From a virus (lineage: Duplodnaviria > Caudoviricetes): a stretch of 37,528 nt of DNA. Below are positions 16,243 to 25,209 of this stretch, piece by piece (the stretch's first letter is position 1; each line of letters starts with the position of its first letter). Position numbers and translations under genes: made by a program. The notes under the pieces were generated by a model, which worked only from the letters and a program-made list of their open reading frames with translations, was not told where the DNA came from and made no database searches. Location of the stretch: positions 1-37,528 of the IMG/VR virus record IMGVR_UViG_3300032329_000658; one strand, written 5' to 3'.

Positions 16243-16614
16243 TTATCTGTATGCTGATATATAAACATTACCCACTCCAGCAGATCCAGTCCCATATATG
16301 ACCTGTCCTTGCGCTCCATTCAATGTACCTGAACCATATGCTGAATTGTTAGCATGATTAGCCTGGACGTCTAGGATTATAGTTGCTCCTGCTGGCCAGA
16401 AATCTTGTCTAGTAACTCCATCAAAGCTTATTGTAATCCCCACATTACTTCCATTGTATATCTTAAGACTTTTTATTGAGTCAGGGAATCCAGATCCAGT
16501 ATAAATAGCATATTGAGAAGCTCCATTCAAAGCTTGGTATGTTCCTGTTAATCCTGATGAATCAAATACGGCCATCTCAACCCATTGAAATCTACTTAAT
16601 TCTTGCGTAGTCAT
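16243..16614 (-). CDS. Virion/tail protein (beta-sandwich)
   Basis: LKIYNGSNVGITISFDG pattern; GGAG SD; located in the tail module. Confidence 0.7.
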   Translation of the reverse strand: MTTQELSRFQWVEMAVFDSSGLTGTYQALNGASQYAIYTGSGFPDSIKSLKIYNGSNVGITISFDGVTRQDFWPAGATIILDVQANHANNSAYGSGTLNGAQGQVIYGTGSAGVGNVYISAYR

Positions 16615-17231
16615 CTTATATGTCTCCATCGTTTACCTTTGGATATCTCACAAATAGTAGAGACACTGACTCCAAAGTCTTTTGCTATTCTTGTCAAAGT
16701 AACACCCAAAGAAATAAGTTGTCTTATTTTAGGTATATCATCATCTTTCAATTTAGAAGTAGCATTTTTTGATCCTCTAGTGCTTCTTCCCTTTAAAGTC
16801 ATATCTGCGGAATTATCTTTCGTAGTTCCTAAAAATAGGTGATCAGGGTTGCAGCAAGGAGGATTATCACATTTATGACAAACTTTAATTCCTTTAGGAA
16901 TATCTCCTTTATAAACCATCCAAGACACTCTATGTGCTTTGGTTAGTTTATTCCCTGTAGATATTTGCATTTGTCCATAACCGTCCTTATCTTTTCCGCC
17001 TTTCCACTCCCAACAACAATCTTTCTTAATCAATCTTTCTTCTAGATTATCTTTCATTTTTACAAGTTTTTCTTCTTCTGAAAGATCATCCCACCTGAAT
17101 TGAGATTCATTTCTATTTCTTAAAACTTCATAAGCACAATTTTTACTACAATACTTTCTAACATGATTCTTATGATTTTTCTTCCATTCAAAACATTTAC
17201 CGCAGATTTTACATTCCGATTTATATTCCAT
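16611..17231 (-). CDS. HNH homing endonuclease (zinc finger + HNH + HTH)
   Basis: CWEWKG...GYG...AHRVSW...VCHKCDNPPCCNPDHLFLGTTKDN..D; C-terminal IAKDFGVSVSTI HTH. Confidence 0.92.
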   Translation of the reverse strand: MEYKSECKICGKCFEWKKNHKNHVRKYCSKNCAYEVLRNRNESQFRWDDLSEEEKLVKMKDNLEERLIKKDCCWEWKGGKDKDGYGQMQISTGNKLTKAHRVSWMVYKGDIPKGIKVCHKCDNPPCCNPDHLFLGTTKDNSADMTLKGRSTRGSKNATSKLKDDDIPKIRQLISLGVTLTRIAKDFGVSVSTICEISKGKRWRHIR

Positions 17232-17264
17232 GATATACCTCCTTTTTAATGGAAGTATATCATG
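17229..17264 (-). promoter_or_regulatory. 14-bp RBS/AUG-sequestering hairpin containing an extended -10
   Basis: CATGATATACTTCC-ATTAAAAA-GGAGGTATATCATG; TGaTATACT in the 5' arm. Confidence 0.8.
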
Positions 17265-17275
17265 TGGCTGAATAA

Positions 17276-19927
17276 TTATACAGCCTTAATTCCTGACCAG
17301 ATAGTACCATTAAAATACAAAGTCATAGATGCATAGGCAGTGGCCAAAGTTTTAGTCGCTGCTGATGTACCACTTGAGCTTATGTTATTACCGTTACCGT
17401 CGATCGTAATATTAGAACCAGCAGCATTTCCTGTAGTGTCGTACACTACATATGTCTGTCCTGTTACTGGTGTTGCAGGCAATGTCACTGTAACAATACC
17501 ACCGCTAACATCAACAGCTAAGAAGTAATCGCTACCAAGGACTGCATAAGAAGAAGCAACATGGTTAACGCTGGTTACTTTGCTTATGATACCGCTATTC
17601 AACTTAATGGATGACGTACCCGCATCAATTACAGTCGCAGACGATGAAGAAGTATTACCAATTGTGATAGATCCTGTGGTCAAAGCATGACCAATAGCCA
17701 ATGATCCTGTTGTTATGCTTCCACCGATTGTTATAATTCCAGCAGCAGCAGAATTTAATACTAGTGTAGCTCCAGAAGCAATAGTTACGTTACCGGCTGA
17801 AGTAGAGCCTATTCCTATTACGTGAGCTGCACCTGTTCCAGTACCAATGTTGATATTGGCAACAGCAGTACCATTACCACCCGCAACAAGATTGAATGTT
17901 GGAGAAACTGTGGTATATGTTCCATTGAAAATATTAACAGAGTTTGTTCCACCTGTGAACGCGCCGTTAAATATGCTGAAACTGTTAGTCCCTTGAGTAA
18001 GAATACCACCTTGTGAGGCTACTACTTGGTTACCTGCGCTGCCAACTCCACCCATAATATTTAGTGTAGTTGTTGCACCAGGAGTTACACCACTTAATAA
18101 GTTTACAGTTTGAACAGCTGTAGAAGATGTTCCAGAGGCAATGTTTAGTGTTTGTGCAGTTGCTGCGACACCGTTCATAAGATCAACAGCAGCTAAGCCA
18201 CCTGTTGAATCAGCAATGGAAATCTTACCCGTTTGTGCAGCAGCACCGATAGTGATAATCTGTCCTGCATTACCACCCAAACCGATACCGATAGTAGCGG
18301 ATGAACCACCAATAATTGTTACGTTACCACCTGCATTAGATCCAATATTAGTTACGTGAGCAGCTGAAGTACCTGTTCCAATATTAGCTGTACCGGCATG
18401 AGTAGAAGCTCCACTTAACAAGTTAAATGTTCCTGCCACTGTTGTGAATGCTCCTGATAGCATATTTATTGAATTGGTTCCACCTGTGAACGCACCTGAT
18501 AAGACGTTGAAAGTATTAGTTCCACCTGATGCAGCTCCCGCGAAGAAGGATGCGGAGTTTGTTCCTTGACTGATTGCTCCACCTTGGCAAGCAAAAACTT
18601 CATTTCCTGCACTAGCAACGCCAGCAAGAATATTTAAAGTCTGAGTAGCTGCCGGAGTAGCACCAGAGAGGATATTTACTGTATTAGCACCGGCTATGGA
18701 TGCACCATTATTAATAGATACGATTTGTCCTGTTGCGTTAGTTGCATTTCCAACAGAAATAAGTCCTTGTCCTGCTGTTCCACCTACTTGGATCGTGCCT
18801 GTAGTCATAGCATTTCCAACAACTACAGAACCACCAGTTTGTACGTTAGCAATCTGAAGAGTCGTAGCACCTGATCCGCCTGCTATAATCTGTGTATTAG
18901 AAGCAGAAGAAGACCCCACAGTCAGAGTACCAGTTTCTGCTGTTCCGCCTATGGTTATAGTTCCACCTACAATTGCTGCACCAAGATTTATAACGTTATT
19001 AGCTCCTGAATTAGCTAGGTTTAACGTTGTTGTTCCTGATCCATCGCCAATAGCAACTATGTTTGTTCCAGAAGAGCTACCTAAAGTAATGGTTCCAGTT
19101 TGAGCTGTGCCCCCAATTGTAGTTACCCCCGTAGTTTGCGCTGCGCCCATTGTGATATTTGTTGCTGATCCTGTAGTAAGAACAAAATGCGCTGAACCTG
19201 CTTTTAATGTAAGAGAAGCTGCTCCTGTCGCAGATCCAATTGTTACTAGGTTAGCTTGTGCAGAATCACCTATATGGATAGATCTCGCAGCTGCACCTGT
19301 ACCGATAGAAATAGTATCAGTAGAAGCATCGGCACCGATTCCAATAGCTGTTCCTCCGGAAGCCCATGTACCGCCAGCAGTAAATGTCACTGTAGTACCA
19401 CCAATTGTAGTAAACACAGCAGCAGCAGGAGTTGTTCCGCCTATTGCTGGAGGCGCGCCAAAAACAGCAGCTAAGTTAGACGGTTGCACAGCAAGAGCAA
19501 CTGTGCCTGTAGAAGCTTGTCCAGCTACTGCCTTAGCATCTGTAGCTAAAGTTATAATACCTTGAGTGGTGGTTGTGGCAACGGGGGCTCCTGCTATAGC
19601 AACGGAGTTAACATATGTATACACATCACTAGAAAGAGGAACAAGCCCTGTAGGAGTACCAGCAGCTAATTGAGCATATGTAGATAATTGAACTGTTCCA
19701 AAACTTGAAGTTGTTGCTGGAGAAACATCTCCTGTTACCCAATTACCAGCTCCTAGAGACACATAAAGTACGTTGGGAACTACAGCAGAATATTGCCAGT
19801 TTGTTCCTGCTGGGTATATGTCTAGAGTTGTAGGAACGCGCTGAGCATTCGTGATGGTTACGGGACGATTGTATGCGTTTGTTAGGACTCCTAATGGGTC
19901 ACTAGATACTGATGCTGGGTTTGACAT
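17276..19927 (-). CDS. Long tail fibre / spike (repetitive beta-solenoid)
   Basis: ATTSSFGTVQL and ATTTTQGIITLAT fibre repeats, many TI(S/N)IG repeats, C-terminal DYFLAVD..TVTLPATP..G.TY.V.D domain. Confidence 0.85.
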   Translation of the reverse strand: MSNPASVSSDPLGVLTNAYNRPVTITNAQRVPTTLDIYPAGTNWQYSAVVPNVLYVSLGAGNWVTGDVSPATTSSFGTVQLSTYAQLAAGTPTGLVPLSSDVYTYVNSVAIAGAPVATTTTQGIITLATDAKAVAGQASTGTVALAVQPSNLAAVFGAPPAIGGTTPAAAVFTTIGGTTVTFTAGGTWASGGTAIGIGADASTDTISIGTGAAARSIHIGDSAQANLVTIGSATGAASLTLKAGSAHFVLTTGSATNITMGAAQTTGVTTIGGTAQTGTITLGSSSGTNIVAIGDGSGTTTLNLANSGANNVINLGAAIVGGTITIGGTAETGTLTVGSSSASNTQIIAGGSGATTLQIANVQTGGSVVVGNAMTTGTIQVGGTAGQGLISVGNATNATGQIVSINNGASIAGANTVNILSGATPAATQTLNILAGVASAGNEVFACQGGAISQGTNSASFFAGAASGGTNTFNVLSGAFTGGTNSINMLSGAFTTVAGTFNLLSGASTHAGTANIGTGTSAAHVTNIGSNAGGNVTIIGGSSATIGIGLGGNAGQIITIGAAAQTGKISIADSTGGLAAVDLMNGVAATAQTLNIASGTSSTAVQTVNLLSGVTPGATTTLNIMGGVGSAGNQVVASQGGILTQGTNSFSIFNGAFTGGTNSVNIFNGTYTTVSPTFNLVAGGNGTAVANINIGTGTGAAHVIGIGSTSAGNVTIASGATLVLNSAAAGIITIGGSITTGSLAIGHALTTGSITIGNTSSSSATVIDAGTSSIKLNSGIISKVTSVNHVASSYAVLGSDYFLAVDVSGGIVTVTLPATPVTGQTYVVYDTTGNAAGSNITIDGNGNNISSSGTSAATKTLATAYASMTLYFNGTIWSGIKAV

Positions 19928-20038
19928 AAAAAGCCTGGGTTGAATTTTCTATCAAAGTAAATCTTTGAATGTTTTTAGGCAATGCGATTTTATAAGAAAT
20001 ATTATATAGTTGTAGCAAGTGATACAAATGAGGTTTTT

Positions 20039-20227
20039 ATGAGCACTGAAGAAAATTACGTTCTTATGCGTTTTAGAGTTAGGACCCATGTCTATAAAAA
20101 ATACAAGGTTTTGTGTGCCATGAATGATATTTCTATACCAAAGCAGACTGAAGAGATCATAAGAACTTTTATAAAATCAAATGAACGGATAGAGATTCCC
20201 TATGAGGCGATAGAGAAGATTAAATAG
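20039..20227 (+). CDS. Ribbon-helix-helix (Arc/Mnt/ParG-like) DNA-binding protein
   Basis: GAGG SD; LMRFRV strand followed by YKKYKVLCAMNDISI...EEIIRTFI helices; divergent from the fibre gene. Confidence 0.7.
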   Translation: MSTEENYVLMRFRVRTHVYKKYKVLCAMNDISIPKQTEEIIRTFIKSNERIEIPYEAIEKIK

Positions 20228-20312
20228 GAATTGTAAACATTTTCTTTTTGTTTGTTATAAATCCATAAATGCTGCATAATGGAGATTAATTAACCCCTAG
20301 GAAGGAGAAGAA

Positions 20313-20468
20313 ATGATGAGATTACTGCATACAATAATTATTTTGTGTTCTATATTCGCAGCTTGTATTTGGATTAATAGTAGATTTGATGACATAGAAA
20401 AAGAAACTAAATCTATAAGAAATAGTTTATTTTACATTACGCAAAATTTTCAAAATGGTAAAAAATGA
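20313..20468 (+). CDS. 51-aa TM plus coiled-coil protein (not in ORF track)
   Basis: AAGGAG SD; extended -10 TGtTATAAA at 20253-20261; MMRLLHTIIILCSIFAACIWINSRFDDIEK... Confidence 0.7.
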   Translation: MMRLLHTIIILCSIFAACIWINSRFDDIEKETKSIRNSLFYITQNFQNGKK

Positions 20469-20713
20469 AACATTCAAAAATTATTTTATTTTTTATTCCT
20501 CTTTTTCTAGTTATTGCATTTTGTATTTATATGGGCATACAGGAACCAAAAAAAGAAAAACCTTTTAAAGAAATAGTTGATTTAGGAAATGGTCGACATA
20601 TTTACTCATTAGAAATTGAAGGACATTCTTATATGATGTACCGTAATAGTTGGAACAGCAGCTCAGATAGGATCATACATAGTCCAAATTGTGAATGCAT
20701 GAATAGCATGTAA
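20465..20713 (+). CDS. Small membrane-anchored protein
   Basis: N-terminal TM; C-terminal EIEGHSY...IIHSPNCEC motif; ATGA coupling. Confidence 0.75.
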   Translation: MKHSKIILFFIPLFLVIAFCIYMGIQEPKKEKPFKEIVDLGNGRHIYSLEIEGHSYMMYRNSWNSSSDRIIHSPNCECMNSM

Positions 20714-20767
20714 CTTTCGAAAAAGATACAGCGGTTAATTGGAAAGTAGATGCGAGAGGATGGTGAT

Positions 20768-21031
20768 ATGAAAAAAAATAAAAAAATTACTAAAAAAGAA
20801 AAAAAGATAAAAATTTCTATTGATTCAACTATAGCTTTTTTTCTTTGTATTGTAACTTTAATAATAGCTTTGCACATGCATACATCTTCTCAAATATCAT
20901 CTATACAAAATAGCATATATAAAGAAATGAAAGATTTTCATGGAAGATTATGTGTTTTGGACAAAAAATATACAAATGACATAGAAAAGGAAATTAAGCC
21001 ACCTTCCTATACGAAAATCCCCCAGCCTTAA
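20768..21031 (+). CDS. TM plus coiled-coil protein with EMKDFHGRLC motif
   Basis: Basic N-terminus, TM IAFFLCIVTLIIAL, then a heptad-like region. Confidence 0.7.
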   Translation: MKKNKKITKKEKKIKISIDSTIAFFLCIVTLIIALHMHTSSQISSIQNSIYKEMKDFHGRLCVLDKKYTNDIEKEIKPPSYTKIPQP

Positions 21032-21458
21032 TTGCGGCATTCATGGAAGCCCCATGTGAAGGCGTTTTTCCTCGTTCCCAACGATGAAAACGATTAGATC
21101 CAGACGTCTTCGGCGCAATGGCTCCTCGTTGAAACAATTCATATACCCATGGTGGGACATCATCATATTCGTATATGCTTCCTGCTGCTTTAGGATACTT
21201 TCCGTGAAACTGCACCTGAAGCTTTCCAGTTTCTGGCGAATAATTAAACCCGTTTATTTGGCTGGACTCATGAGGAGCTAATGGAAGTTCTTCTGAAGGA
21301 TTAACTATTGGTTTGGCTTCCTGTTCCCTTTCCTGTATAAACATCATTACGTCATTGGCCGTTTGAAATAGCTCCTCTAATTCATCATCCGAAAACTCAT
21401 CCTGAGCTTCCATGATCATCGCAAGAAATTGTTCAACCATTCCAATTAGATCGTTCAT
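20994..21458 (-). CDS. KTSC-domain protein
   Basis: SSQINGFNYSPETGKLQVQF...GSIYEYDDVPPWVYELF. Confidence 0.85.
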   Translation of the reverse strand: MNDLIGMVEQFLAMIMEAQDEFSDDELEELFQTANDVMMFIQEREQEAKPIVNPSEELPLAPHESSQINGFNYSPETGKLQVQFHGKYPKAAGSIYEYDDVPPWVYELFQRGAIAPKTSGSNRFHRWERGKTPSHGASMNAAIKAGGFSYRKVA

Positions 21459-22204
21459 CTTTTAAGTCCTGCCAAAGTTTGTGCTATTTGATTTCCCATT
21501 TGCATAATTTGATCTCTTTTGCTTCCACCTTGTTGCCCTTGAGATTGTCCTTGGACCATACCGCTTGCGTCCTCGAATTGATCCTGTGATGCTCCTTGAG
21601 ACATACCTAATTTCTCTTTAGCCCAATCTAACAAATCAATTCCTGATCCTTCTATCTTTCTAACAATGGGCTTCCAGAATTCAGAACTCCGAGCCTTATC
21701 AACAGCTTCCTCTAGATTCATACCATCATTCATTCTCTTCTGTATATATTGAATTACCTTATCTGAATTGTCAGATCGAGTTTCTTCTTGAGGTTGATTC
21801 TGCGACTGCACGTCTTCTTCCATATTCTGCACAGATAATGGAGATCCTGATTGCTGTTTTTCTTGCTTCCCAGGCAAAGCTAATGCCGCTCCTGTTCCAT
21901 ATGAAGCAATCGCTTTTAAAGCCTTACCAGGAATCTCTGAGTTTTCTATCTGAGACTTAGAAACTGCTTGGTCTGGTCTTAAAGTTCCAATTGCACCTTT
22001 TTCTTTCAATCTGTACTTATAGTTTTTTGTAGAATCATCCTCAAATTTATCAGCCAAATAATTAACAGACCTGTCTATATCTATTCCATACGAAAGAGCT
22101 TTAGAAAAATATCCATTAAATCTAGGATCTAATTTTCCTAGCGCTTTTTGAATTATTGTAGCTGGCACATAGCTAGCTGCGCCTAATATAGCATTTATTC
22201 CCAT
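21455..22204 (-). CDS. Putative internal virion / ejection protein
   Basis: Helical, Gln-rich; positioned after other ejection-like genes. Confidence 0.55.
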   Translation of the reverse strand: MGINAILGAASYVPATIIQKALGKLDPRFNGYFSKALSYGIDIDRSVNYLADKFEDDSTKNYKYRLKEKGAIGTLRPDQAVSKSQIENSEIPGKALKAIASYGTGAALALPGKQEKQQSGSPLSVQNMEEDVQSQNQPQEETRSDNSDKVIQYIQKRMNDGMNLEEAVDKARSSEFWKPIVRKIEGSGIDLLDWAKEKLGMSQGASQDQFEDASGMVQGQSQGQQGGSKRDQIMQMGNQIAQTLAGLKR

Positions 22205-22212
22205 GATTTCCT

Positions 22213-23472
22213 CTATTTAAACATTGTAAACCAAATATCTCCAAGCCAGCTATTGTCAGTAGGTTTAGTAATCTGCCTTCCTTGCTTATCGGACTTATTT
22301 ATATCAGTTCTTTCTAAATATCTATTCCTGAATTTGTCAATGTTTATACCAGCATCTCTAAGATCATATTCAAGTGACAAGATGTTATCTTCAGGCTTTA
22401 TTTTATCTATGATAGCATCAAGATATTTATCGTTATTTCCAGGAGATTCCTTGCCGAATTTCTGTATATATCCTTTTCCAAACAGCTGGCCAGATTTTGG
22501 TATTATATTGAGAAGGTCTTCTATTTCTTTATTTTTCAAAGGTTCTAAGGCATTAGCCACAAACATAGGAGTAGCGCCTGTTGCTGCTGTAGCCATGTCG
22601 GCATATTGCTCATAGAGTCTATTGTCTTCGTCATCTAATTCTTTAAATGGAGCCCCCAGTTCTTTTATAAGAGATTTGCTGGAAGTAGCCGATTTCTTCT
22701 TGATGTAATTACTGGATCCTAATTCATTCAATTTATTTATATTTTGAGCAAATTTATGATCTATTTTATGTAAATCTTGCTCAACTTTTTCGGGAGACTG
22801 TCCTAATTTTGATATTCTATAATGACCTTCATCCTTTAAGAATTGCTTAATAGCTCCCGGGACTTCTGTAAAATCCATCCACCCCTTTCCCTGATCTACA
22901 AGCTTACTTCTCAAGTCATAACCAGCATCAAAATTATTAAGTTTAGTATTTTGAGCATTAAGAGATTGATTGAGTCTCTGATCAGCTAATATCAATGCTT
23001 CGTTCTTGTCATCGGTTTCCCCTGAAGCTAAAATTTCTCTAGCTTTATTTCCTACTGCTATTTCATCTGGCTTTTGAAGCATTTCTGATTTAGCTGAGTT
23101 TATTTGACCAGAAGAAGCAAATCCGCCTTTCCCTTGAGGAATGTTAGCACCTGGAGCGGTTGATCTTATTTGAGGAGCTCCAGTTTTGTTTTCTGTCGGC
23201 TGATTATTTTCAAATGCTTTTCTTTGCATTTGTTTTTGTACGATAGGAAGATATTGAGAAACCTCTTGAGGAGAGAATCCCCCTCTAACTAAATCAGCAG
23301 AAGTTTGCAATGGATTATATTCTTCTTTATTTTTTGAGAGTCTTTCAAGAGCCCCAGCCTGTCTGCCTCTCTTGACTTCCTCATTTAGCACAGTGCCTAC
23401 GCCCTGACCTACGCCCTGTCCTAGGCGTCCGAAGATATTTCCACTGTATGGATCATTTATTACCTGTGCCAT
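22213..23472 (-). CDS. Putative DNA ejection protein
   Basis: N-terminal GRLGQGVGQG, helical; podovirus synteny. Confidence 0.6.
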   Translation of the reverse strand: MAQVINDPYSGNIFGRLGQGVGQGVGTVLNEEVKRGRQAGALERLSKNKEEYNPLQTSADLVRGGFSPQEVSQYLPIVQKQMQRKAFENNQPTENKTGAPQIRSTAPGANIPQGKGGFASSGQINSAKSEMLQKPDEIAVGNKAREILASGETDDKNEALILADQRLNQSLNAQNTKLNNFDAGYDLRSKLVDQGKGWMDFTEVPGAIKQFLKDEGHYRISKLGQSPEKVEQDLHKIDHKFAQNINKLNELGSSNYIKKKSATSSKSLIKELGAPFKELDDEDNRLYEQYADMATAATGATPMFVANALEPLKNKEIEDLLNIIPKSGQLFGKGYIQKFGKESPGNNDKYLDAIIDKIKPEDNILSLEYDLRDAGINIDKFRNRYLERTDINKSDKQGRQITKPTDNSWLGDIWFTMFK

Positions 23473-23474
23473 GT

Positions 23475-24137
23475 TTACATCCTTAATCCATATTGGTTAA
23501 TTGGAGGAATTCCGTATTGTCCAGGTGACTGACCTGGTTGTTGAGGTTTAGGAGGTTTCCATCCTACGCCAGGCAAATTCAATTTTTGTTCTCCTCCCTT
23601 GTTAAACATTTTACTAATAGCATCAAGACCTCCTCCATAATTTCCTGCCAATCCCGATGTTATTCCTTGAGCAATAGGGCCTAACTGATCTAGCAATCCT
23701 CCTTGTCCTTGAGTGTACACATTCTCATTAGTCTGCTGAAGTCCTTGTTGGCCAAGATTCATTAGACCTGCTGCCCCTTGCTGTCTGAGCTGAGCACGAA
23801 TAGCTCCTAATCTCTCACTAAGATCTGCTCCTGCGTTCAAAGCAGCATTACGAAATCCGCTAGATGACAATCCACCAGATCCCATTCCAGCGAACTGTTC
23901 TGCTATCCCAGGAACTATCTGTTCATTAAATTGCCTAAGTTCAGGTGCTGCCATAGATTGAAAATCCTGAGAATTATTGCTAAGTAAGTTTCTATAGTAA
24001 TCCGCTGAGGTTCCAAAACTTCCACCTGCTCCAGCACCAGAATTAGCTTTTAATAATTGATTCTGTAGATCTTGTTGTCCTTTATTAAGATTGGACATCT
24101 GATTCCAACTTCCAGGCGTACCAGTAAAAAAGCTCAT
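23475..24137 (-). CDS. Putative DNA ejection/pilot protein (P22 gp7-like position)
   Basis: Gly/Gln/Ala-rich, GMGSGGLSSSG motif; first gene after the tail genes. Confidence 0.65.
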   Translation of the reverse strand: MSFFTGTPGSWNQMSNLNKGQQDLQNQLLKANSGAGAGGSFGTSADYYRNLLSNNSQDFQSMAAPELRQFNEQIVPGIAEQFAGMGSGGLSSSGFRNAALNAGADLSERLGAIRAQLRQQGAAGLMNLGQQGLQQTNENVYTQGQGGLLDQLGPIAQGITSGLAGNYGGGLDAISKMFNKGGEQKLNLPGVGWKPPKPQQPGQSPGQYGIPPINQYGLRM

Positions 24138-24145
24138 ATTTCCTC

Positions 24146-24616
24146 CTATAATTCAAAAATATATTCGACTGTACTATAGGCAGAATCCCAATTCGCTGCC
24201 ACCGTTATATAAATATTATTTGCATCCATGGTAATTATATCTGTTCCATTGGGGATAGGTTCAGAAGTCTTAGCACTATGGTTAGTTGCTGCTGCATACA
24301 ATTGTACTAAACTAAAATTTCCATCTATCGGGATTCCATGAGCAAATGTGTTAACTCCAGCAACAAGAGGACTGCAATCAACTACTATCCTAAACATAGA
24401 CCTAAAGGTGTTAGCTTGATTACTTGATCCAGGATAAAATTGTTTTCCACTTAAAAGCTCAACATCTAACCACCAACCTATTTCACGAGCATTTACAGCA
24501 TTACTAATCTTCTTAAGATATTCAGTTAATGCAGCTCTAGCTAATTCCCATTCCTCAGGGATTGCATCGAACGAAGGAAGATATGCTTCAAATTCTTGGC
24601 TGCTTATAATTGTCAT
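24146..24616 (-). CDS. Tail/virion protein
   Basis: LKKISNAVNARE, FAHGI, VEY motifs typical of small podovirus tail proteins. Confidence 0.7.
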   Translation of the reverse strand: MTIISSQEFEAYLPSFDAIPEEWELARAALTEYLKKISNAVNAREIGWWLDVELLSGKQFYPGSSNQANTFRSMFRIVVDCSPLVAGVNTFAHGIPIDGNFSLVQLYAAATNHSAKTSEPIPNGTDIITMDANNIYITVAANWDSAYSTVEYIFEL

Positions 24617-25200
24617 TGTATCCTTATAAATTGAAGAGTCCAATATATAGTCACAGAACCGCCTGTTGTATTTGTGATAATCAAATTCTGTCCTGATGCT
24701 GAAGCTGTCAATCCAGTTCCTGTATTTGCCTTTACCACAACCGTTCCTGAGTAATATGCAACCAAAGCAGAATTTATATAAGCTGCTGATGTCCCTGCGC
24801 TCATGTATACCATCGCTATAGCTTGTGTTACACCTGTAAAATTGAATACGTTCACTGTGTTATTATTTCCGACTAATACACCTGCGGATGGAGATTGCAT
24901 ACTTGTTAGTGGAGTAGCTGGACCGCTGAGTGTATTTCCTAGGGAATACTGTATTAGTCCTGTATTGGCTGTGGCTTGGATAGCATATAATATAGGTGTA
25001 GATCCAATTGCTGGCGCTCCTCCTATCCTAGCTGGAGTTGTCACTTGATGGTGAAATCCTGTGTTTGCTCCAGTAGTAGTGTAATCATAGTGATCTATAC
25101 CATAAGATGAGTTAAGAATTCCAAAATTTGTTAAAAACTGACCTTGGCTCACGCTCTGAAGTTGTGAGGGCTGCGGTATATTAGATAAATAACCTGACAT
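24613..25200 (-). CDS. Tail protein
   Basis: AGGAG SD; SQGQFLTNF...DH...GFHHQVT pattern; follows the nozzle. Confidence 0.7.
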   Translation of the reverse strand: MSGYLSNIPQPSQLQSVSQGQFLTNFGILNSSYGIDHYDYTTTGANTGFHHQVTTPARIGGAPAIGSTPILYAIQATANTGLIQYSLGNTLSGPATPLTSMQSPSAGVLVGNNNTVNVFNFTGVTQAIAMVYMSAGTSAAYINSALVAYYSGTVVVKANTGTGLTASASGQNLIITNTTGGSVTIYWTLQFIRIQ

Positions 25201-25209
25201 AAAATCTCC

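Noticed and set aside
13836-19565. Plus-strand ORFs opposite the fibre genes (e.g. 13836-14222, 15267-15587, 15932-16264, 19107-19565)
   Set aside because: These are Pro/Val/Ala-rich shadow frames produced by Gly/Thr/Ala codon bias on the minus strand, with no SD or family motifs.
13562-19927. Diversity-generating retroelement or invertible tail-fibre system
   Set aside because: No reverse transcriptase, recombinase or near-identical TR/VR pair was seen; the repeats are diverged protein-level repeats.
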